This document shows positions 59,201 through 64,000 of a stretch of DNA of 64,000 nt, in pieces (positions within the stretch are counted from its first letter, which is position 1; each line of letters starts with the position of its first letter). The position numbers and the translations under genes are program-made. The notes under the pieces were generated by a model. The model was not told the origin of the DNA, made no database searches, and saw nothing but the letters and a program-made list of their open reading frames with translations. Source of the DNA: an uncultured Acidobacteriota bacterium (GTDB lineage Bacteria; Acidobacteriota; Thermoanaerobaculia; Gp7-AA8); contig CAWGHO010000003.1 in the NCBI GenBank assembly GCA_963822445.1, forward strand, positions 448,001 through 512,000, read 5' to 3'.

Positions 59201-61757
59201 GGCTACACGTCGAACGCCTCGCCAGCTAACCGGCAGTCGCTGGCCGTGAACCTCAGCTCGGAGCGCGTGCGCACCGCCGTCGCGCTGATCGAGGGCATCC
59301 GCGCCGGCCAGAGCCTCGCCGCGCTCCTCGGCTATCAGTTCGAGCGCGGCATGCACGACCGCAACGCGGCGGTGAACGTCGATCAATACATCTGTGACCT
59401 CCGCCTGGCGTTTCCGCTGGCCGGCAACCGGATCAGCTCCACGGCGCCGCCCGAGGGGACGCCCATCGAGGCGGTGGAGGCGCGGAACGTCATCGACGGC
59501 CTCGCTCTCGTCAATCAGATCAAGACCTCGAACCAGAAGACCTATCCGTTCGGAAAAGCGGGGCTGCCGGCGATCGCTGATGCGAGCGCGCGCGCCATCA
59601 TCAACGATGAAGCGGACCGCCTCGTCGAAAGCCACGACGCCGTCGCCGATCTCGCCCTCGCGGAAGGGGTGTATCAGGCCGTCCTCGGCAACTACGACCG
59701 CGTCGCGTCGACGTACGACGCCTATGCGAAAGGGCGAGTTTCCGCCCGAGCCGCAGGTCGTGCGCACACCTTCGAACGGCGTCGGGCTCACGCACCGCGT
59801 CGCGCTTCATCTCACGCCCGGTCTGCTTCCCACCGACTCGCCCCTCGGCCCCGGCATCCCCATGACCCCGCGCGCGCAGGCGGAGCCGGCTATCAACCGG
59901 TGGCTGTTCGACAGCATGCCGCCCCTCGGCGACGTCGGCTGCATGGTGTCGTTCCGCGACGCGCCCACCAACGCCGACGTCGAGCGCGAAGTCACGCTGC
60001 TCGACCTCGCCGTGCAGCCGGCCGACTTCCTCCGCCTGTTCCGCGATGCGGCGCAGCAGGAGATGGCGGAGCTCGACGATCGCATCGTCCGCCACATCTT
60101 CAACACCGAGACGCCGCGGCCCGACACGCCGGTGACGATCCGCTACATGGACAAGGACACCGCGCCGATCTCCGTCTTCGAGCTCCTGCCGCTGCTGCGT
60201 CAGTTGCGGCGGCTCGCCACCACCTCGCGGCCGCTGCGCTCGAGCGACTCTTCACGCTCGAACGACGCGCAGCAGCAGCAGGACGCGAGCGTGTCGGTGA
60301 ATCCGGCGCGCATCACAGGCGTCCGCGCGTCGCTCCTCATGCTCGCCGTCGATCTGCAGAACTTCATCGACAGCGTGTCGCCCGATCCGCTCGTGCGCAT
60401 CGCCGACTTCGAGAGCTATCTGGCCGACGTCGTGACGCTGCTCCCGCGCGTCGTGGAGTTCGGCATTCCGCAAACCGGCTGGGGCTTCGCGTACGACGCG
60501 AAGCGGCGTCTCTTCCAGGCCGTGATCGAGAAGGTTGCGGCCATCGTCGCGCGGTGGAACGAACGGCTGGCGAAGTTCGACGGATTCATGCTCGCGTACG
60601 ATCCGGCCGCCGACGAGCCGACGAAGCTCGCGCTCCTGGCGCAGGCCGCGCTGCAGATCACGAGCGCTCCGCTGCCGCAGACCGGACTCGCCGACGCCAT
60701 CAAAGTCGATCTCGAGACCACGGCGCGCGACGCGTTCGTCGCCAAACGCGACGAGCTGGTGGCGTTCCTCGGCACCACCGAGACGACGGCGCCGCAGCTT
60801 CTCATCGATGCGAACGCGCTTCTGCCGCTCACCGCCTTCGATGTGGCCGAGGTGTCGTTTGCGGATGAGGAGCAATTGGCGGTGCTCTTTGCCGACGACG
60901 CCGTGAACGTCATGCAGGTCGTGCTCGACGAGGCTGAGCGCCGGCTGGCGGCATCGCTGACGCATCTCGATGCGCACGACGCGGCATCCGAGCCGTCGGC
61001 GCGCGTCGACGCGCTCGACGCGGCCGCGAAAGCGCTCCTCGGCGACGACGTCTTCGTCGTTCCCGAGTTCACGCTCGCCGCGGAGCACGGAAACGAGCTC
61101 GCGAATGCCGTCGACTCCAACACCTCTGGAGCGCTGTTCGCGCATCTCGTCGCGAACGATCCGTTCCCGGTCGACACGTGGCTATACGGCGTGGCTCGCG
61201 TGCGCGACAAGATCCGCGCCCTCGAGCAGGTGATCATGCTCGCCGAAGCATTCGGCATCGCCTCGCCGCCCGAGCTGACGGCGCTGCAGCTGCCGTATAT
61301 CGAGAACGAAGGATGGTTCGCGCTCGAGCTTCCGCCGAGCCCGAAGCTCGACGTCGATCGACTGCTCTACACGGCCGTGCTCTCGACGCCGTTCGACGAG
61401 ACCGCGCCGCAATGCGGCCTGCTGCTCGACGAATGGACGGAAGTCATCCCCACTCCGGAGGTCGAGACCGGCATCGCCTTCCACTACGACCGGCCGAACT
61501 GCGAGGCGCCGCAGAGCCTCCTGCTCGTCACGCCGTCGGACTTCCGCGGCGAATGGCAGTGGAACGATCTCGTCGACGCGCTGAACGAGACGCTCGACTT
61601 CGCGAAGCGCCGCGCCGTCGAGCCGGATCAGATCGACACCACCGCCTACGCGCGATTCCTCCCCGCCACCGTCTCGGCGGTGACGCGGCAGCAGATCACG
61701 ATCTCGGCCATGTACGCGCTCAACAACAACTTCGTCCTGCGGGAAGGTGAGCCATGA
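56252..61757 (+). CDS. Conserved hypothetical protein (about 1834 aa) with an N-terminal coiled coil; one frameshift near 59732
   Basis: LLPVRLETRF, PQGTPTNN, RVGRQPYGILP, YRLDAW, GYIHAPSLNHA, SSERVR, then after the shift EFPPEPQVVRTP...GLLLDEWTEVIP..FHYDRPNCEAPQ. Confidence 0.8.
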
Positions 61758-63604
61758 AATTCGTTCTCGAGGACGTCTCCGCCGCGGTGACGTCGCGGCT
61801 CTTCCCGACCGTGACGCTCTGGAACCGGCTGGAGGGACGTCCACGCGCCGACAAATTCGACCGCGCGCTCAAAGCAGAAGTACGTGACGCGCTCTGGATG
61901 CTGACCAGGCAGTGGCAGCTCGGCGAATTCGCCGGCGACGACGCCGGCTCGCCAATCGAGACGAAGGTGCACCTCACCTCCACGCGCCTGCGGAAGTACC
62001 AGCCGGACACGCACGCCATCGAGCCGTTCGACGACGACACGCCGCTGGAAGCGGACGTGGAGCGGCGGGCGATCTCGTTCGAACAGGGCGGACGTCCGGT
62101 CGCGCTCGACCTTCGTCTGCTCATGGGCAGGCACTGGCTCAAGCTTCTGCGCGCCGCGCTCGGCGTCGACCTGCGCGACGTGTTCGCCGGGAAGTATCCG
62201 ATCCACGAGCCCGATCCAACGCAGCAGCAGGATGCCATCTACTGCGCGCACGCCGAGGTGTGGAGCGTGTTCGACGCGGTGAGCGGACGGGCCGTCGACG
62301 GCGGTGCGCTCTACCAGGACATCGTCGACAATCCGCCGCGTCCCGCCTGGGGCGACATTCCGGAGGTCGCCGCCGATCCTGCGGTCGTCGATGGCGTGGC
62401 CAACGCGTTCCGGGCGTGGTTCGAGAAGCTCTTTTATCAGCCCGAACAGAACGACGCCTGGGTGCCGGAGCGGCTCGAGTACCGCTTCTCGGCCTCCGCA
62501 CCGGTGCAGGCCGACGGCAGCGAGAAGGTCTTCCTCGCCGACGAGTACTACCAGGGCCACCTCGACTGGTACTCCGTCGACATCGATCCCGACCGCGCCA
62601 GCCTCGGCCCGCTCGCGCCCGATCCCGCGCTGCCGAAGCCGGCAACGCTGGCGATGGTGCCGGTGCCGGTCAGCTTCAGCGGCATGCCGAACACGCGCTG
62701 GTGGACGTTCGAGGACGGGAAGACGAACTTCGGCGACGTGAAGCCGGAGACGACCGATCTGGCCAAACTGCTGTTGATCGAGTTCGGCCTCACGTTCGCG
62801 AACGACTGGTTCCTCATCCCGTTCACCGTCCCCGCCGGCTCGGTGGCGAAGGTGCAGGGGATCGCGGTGACGAACGTCTTCGGCGAGCGCACGTGGGTGG
62901 AGGCGGCCGGCCGCGGTCCGGACGACGACTGGCAACGCTGGGCGATGTTCGTCGTCAATACGCGCGGCGAGCAGGGAGAGCAAGCCGATACGTCGCTGTT
63001 GCTGATGCCGACCGCGCCGAAGGTGCAGGAAGGGCCGCGTCTGGAGGAGGTGATGCTCGCGCGGGACGAAGTCGCGAACATGGTCTGGGGCATCGAGCAG
63101 ACCATCCCGCTGCCGAGCGGGGAACCGAAACGGGGGCGGGAGGCGGCGCTCGAGCTGCGGGCCTTCCTCGAGCGCGACGTCACGCCGCAGGATCCGATTC
63201 CGTACGCGGGAGAAGCGCTGATCCGCTATCGCGTGATGAGCAGCGTGCCCGAGAACTGGATTCCGTTCGTGCCGGTGCACATGGACTCCGGCAACCGCGA
63301 GATCCAGCTCCAGCGCGCGGCCATGCCGCGGGTCATCGTCGGCAACCCGCCGCCGCCCATCCGCAAGATCCGCCCGCGCACGTCGCTCCTGCGCCCAGGT
63401 CTCGATGACAGTCCCCAGCAACCGTACTTCCTGCACGAAGAGGAAGTGCTCCGCGCGGGCACCGTCGTCACGCAGAGCTTCCAGCGCACCCGCTGGCGCG
63501 ACGGCCGCGCCTGGGTGTGGCTGGGCGTCCGTAAGAAAACGGGGAGGGGCGAGACGTCGAGCGGCCTGGCGTTCGACAGGATCGTGACGAAGCCGCAACC
63601 GTGA
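61754..63604 (+). CDS. Conserved hypothetical protein (616 aa), last gene of the operon
   Basis: ATGA overlap; WNRLEGRPR, DALWMLTRQWQLGEF.GDDAGSP, GMPNTRWWTFED, NDWFLIP, RDEVANMVWGIE, PENWIPF. Confidence 0.85.
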   Translation: MKFVLEDVSAAVTSRLFPTVTLWNRLEGRPRADKFDRALKAEVRDALWMLTRQWQLGEFAGDDAGSPIETKVHLTSTRLRKYQPDTHAIEPFDDDTPLEADVERRAISFEQGGRPVALDLRLLMGRHWLKLLRAALGVDLRDVFAGKYPIHEPDPTQQQDAIYCAHAEVWSVFDAVSGRAVDGGALYQDIVDNPPRPAWGDIPEVAADPAVVDGVANAFRAWFEKLFYQPEQNDAWVPERLEYRFSASAPVQADGSEKVFLADEYYQGHLDWYSVDIDPDRASLGPLAPDPALPKPATLAMVPVPVSFSGMPNTRWWTFEDGKTNFGDVKPETTDLAKLLLIEFGLTFANDWFLIPFTVPAGSVAKVQGIAVTNVFGERTWVEAAGRGPDDDWQRWAMFVVNTRGEQGEQADTSLLLMPTAPKVQEGPRLEEVMLARDEVANMVWGIEQTIPLPSGEPKRGREAALELRAFLERDVTPQDPIPYAGEALIRYRVMSSVPENWIPFVPVHMDSGNREIQLQRAAMPRVIVGNPPPPIRKIRPRTSLLRPGLDDSPQQPYFLHEEEVLRAGTVVTQSFQRTRWRDGRAWVWLGVRKKTGRGETSSGLAFDRIVTKPQP

Positions 63605-63620
63605 GGGAGCACGGGGCCGA

Positions 63621-63658
63621 GCCCTGTCCCGCTGCGCGTTTGGGCGGGGCGGTTCTTC
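63621..63658 (+). terminator. Possible terminator hairpin after the large operon
   Basis: GCCCTGTCC...GGGCGGGGC stem with G-U pairs, weak U-tract. Confidence 0.35.
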
Positions 63659-64000
63659 ACATCACGCCGGCTGGCTTTGTGGCGCGTGGTAGCCCTTTTT
63701 CCGTGGAACGTTCGCGCCGAAACGTGAACGGGGCGCCTTTCATCGATTCAGATTGGCCGGGCCATCGGACTCGAACCCGCAACGTCCGGGCGTGACGGCG
63801 TGCCCGGCCAGTAAGAGAAAACACCGCGTACATCTGTGGATCGTCCGGGCTTCTGATCGCCTGGCACGCGGAACAATTAGCGATCTGCATGATGCGACCC
63901 CCGGATGGAGCCGGTAGGAGGGCAGAGGGTGGTTTCGTTGATGTGTTGGGGCGACGGAGAAGTCGCGGCTCACCGGCCGGCGCCATACAACTGCATCGCT

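Noticed and set aside
63605-64000. Short ORFs or an RNA gene at the window end
   Set aside because: No recognisable protein motifs, tRNA cloverleaf or known ncRNA pattern.

Overview
This is a GC-rich (roughly two-thirds GC) bacterial chromosomal window. Gene content and style suggest Acidobacteriota, possibly Thermoanaerobaculia (inference). Several genes carry clustered frameshifts that look like long-read assembly errors. Housekeeping genes include truB, rpsO, pnp, a phosphohexomutase, a fused E1 alpha/beta 2-oxoacid dehydrogenase, pheA and ridA. A selenocysteine formate dehydrogenase system (fdhD, fdhA with UGA plus SECIS, Fe-S subunit, NrfD-like subunit) is split by two inserted gene blocks. 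Highlights: (1) a translationally coupled ~16 kb operon of a trypsin-like serine protease, a DUF6603-like protein and three large proteins of unknown function (47.9-63.6 kb), the best candidate for an uncharacterised system; (2) an IS110 element inserted in a REP-like palindrome with a CC core, whose bridge RNA target and donor guides and circle-junction promoter can be read from the sequence; (3) a 157-bp intragenic inversion in that transposase that restores a 414-aa ORF when flipped; (4) a TIR-STAND NTPase next to two UbiA prenyltransferases; (5) a Phe-rich leader peptide attenuator upstream of pheA; (6) pervasive leaderless-type -10 boxes, a shared C-terminal RxRAVR-like motif on secreted proteins, and a heptamer-repeat hairpin.
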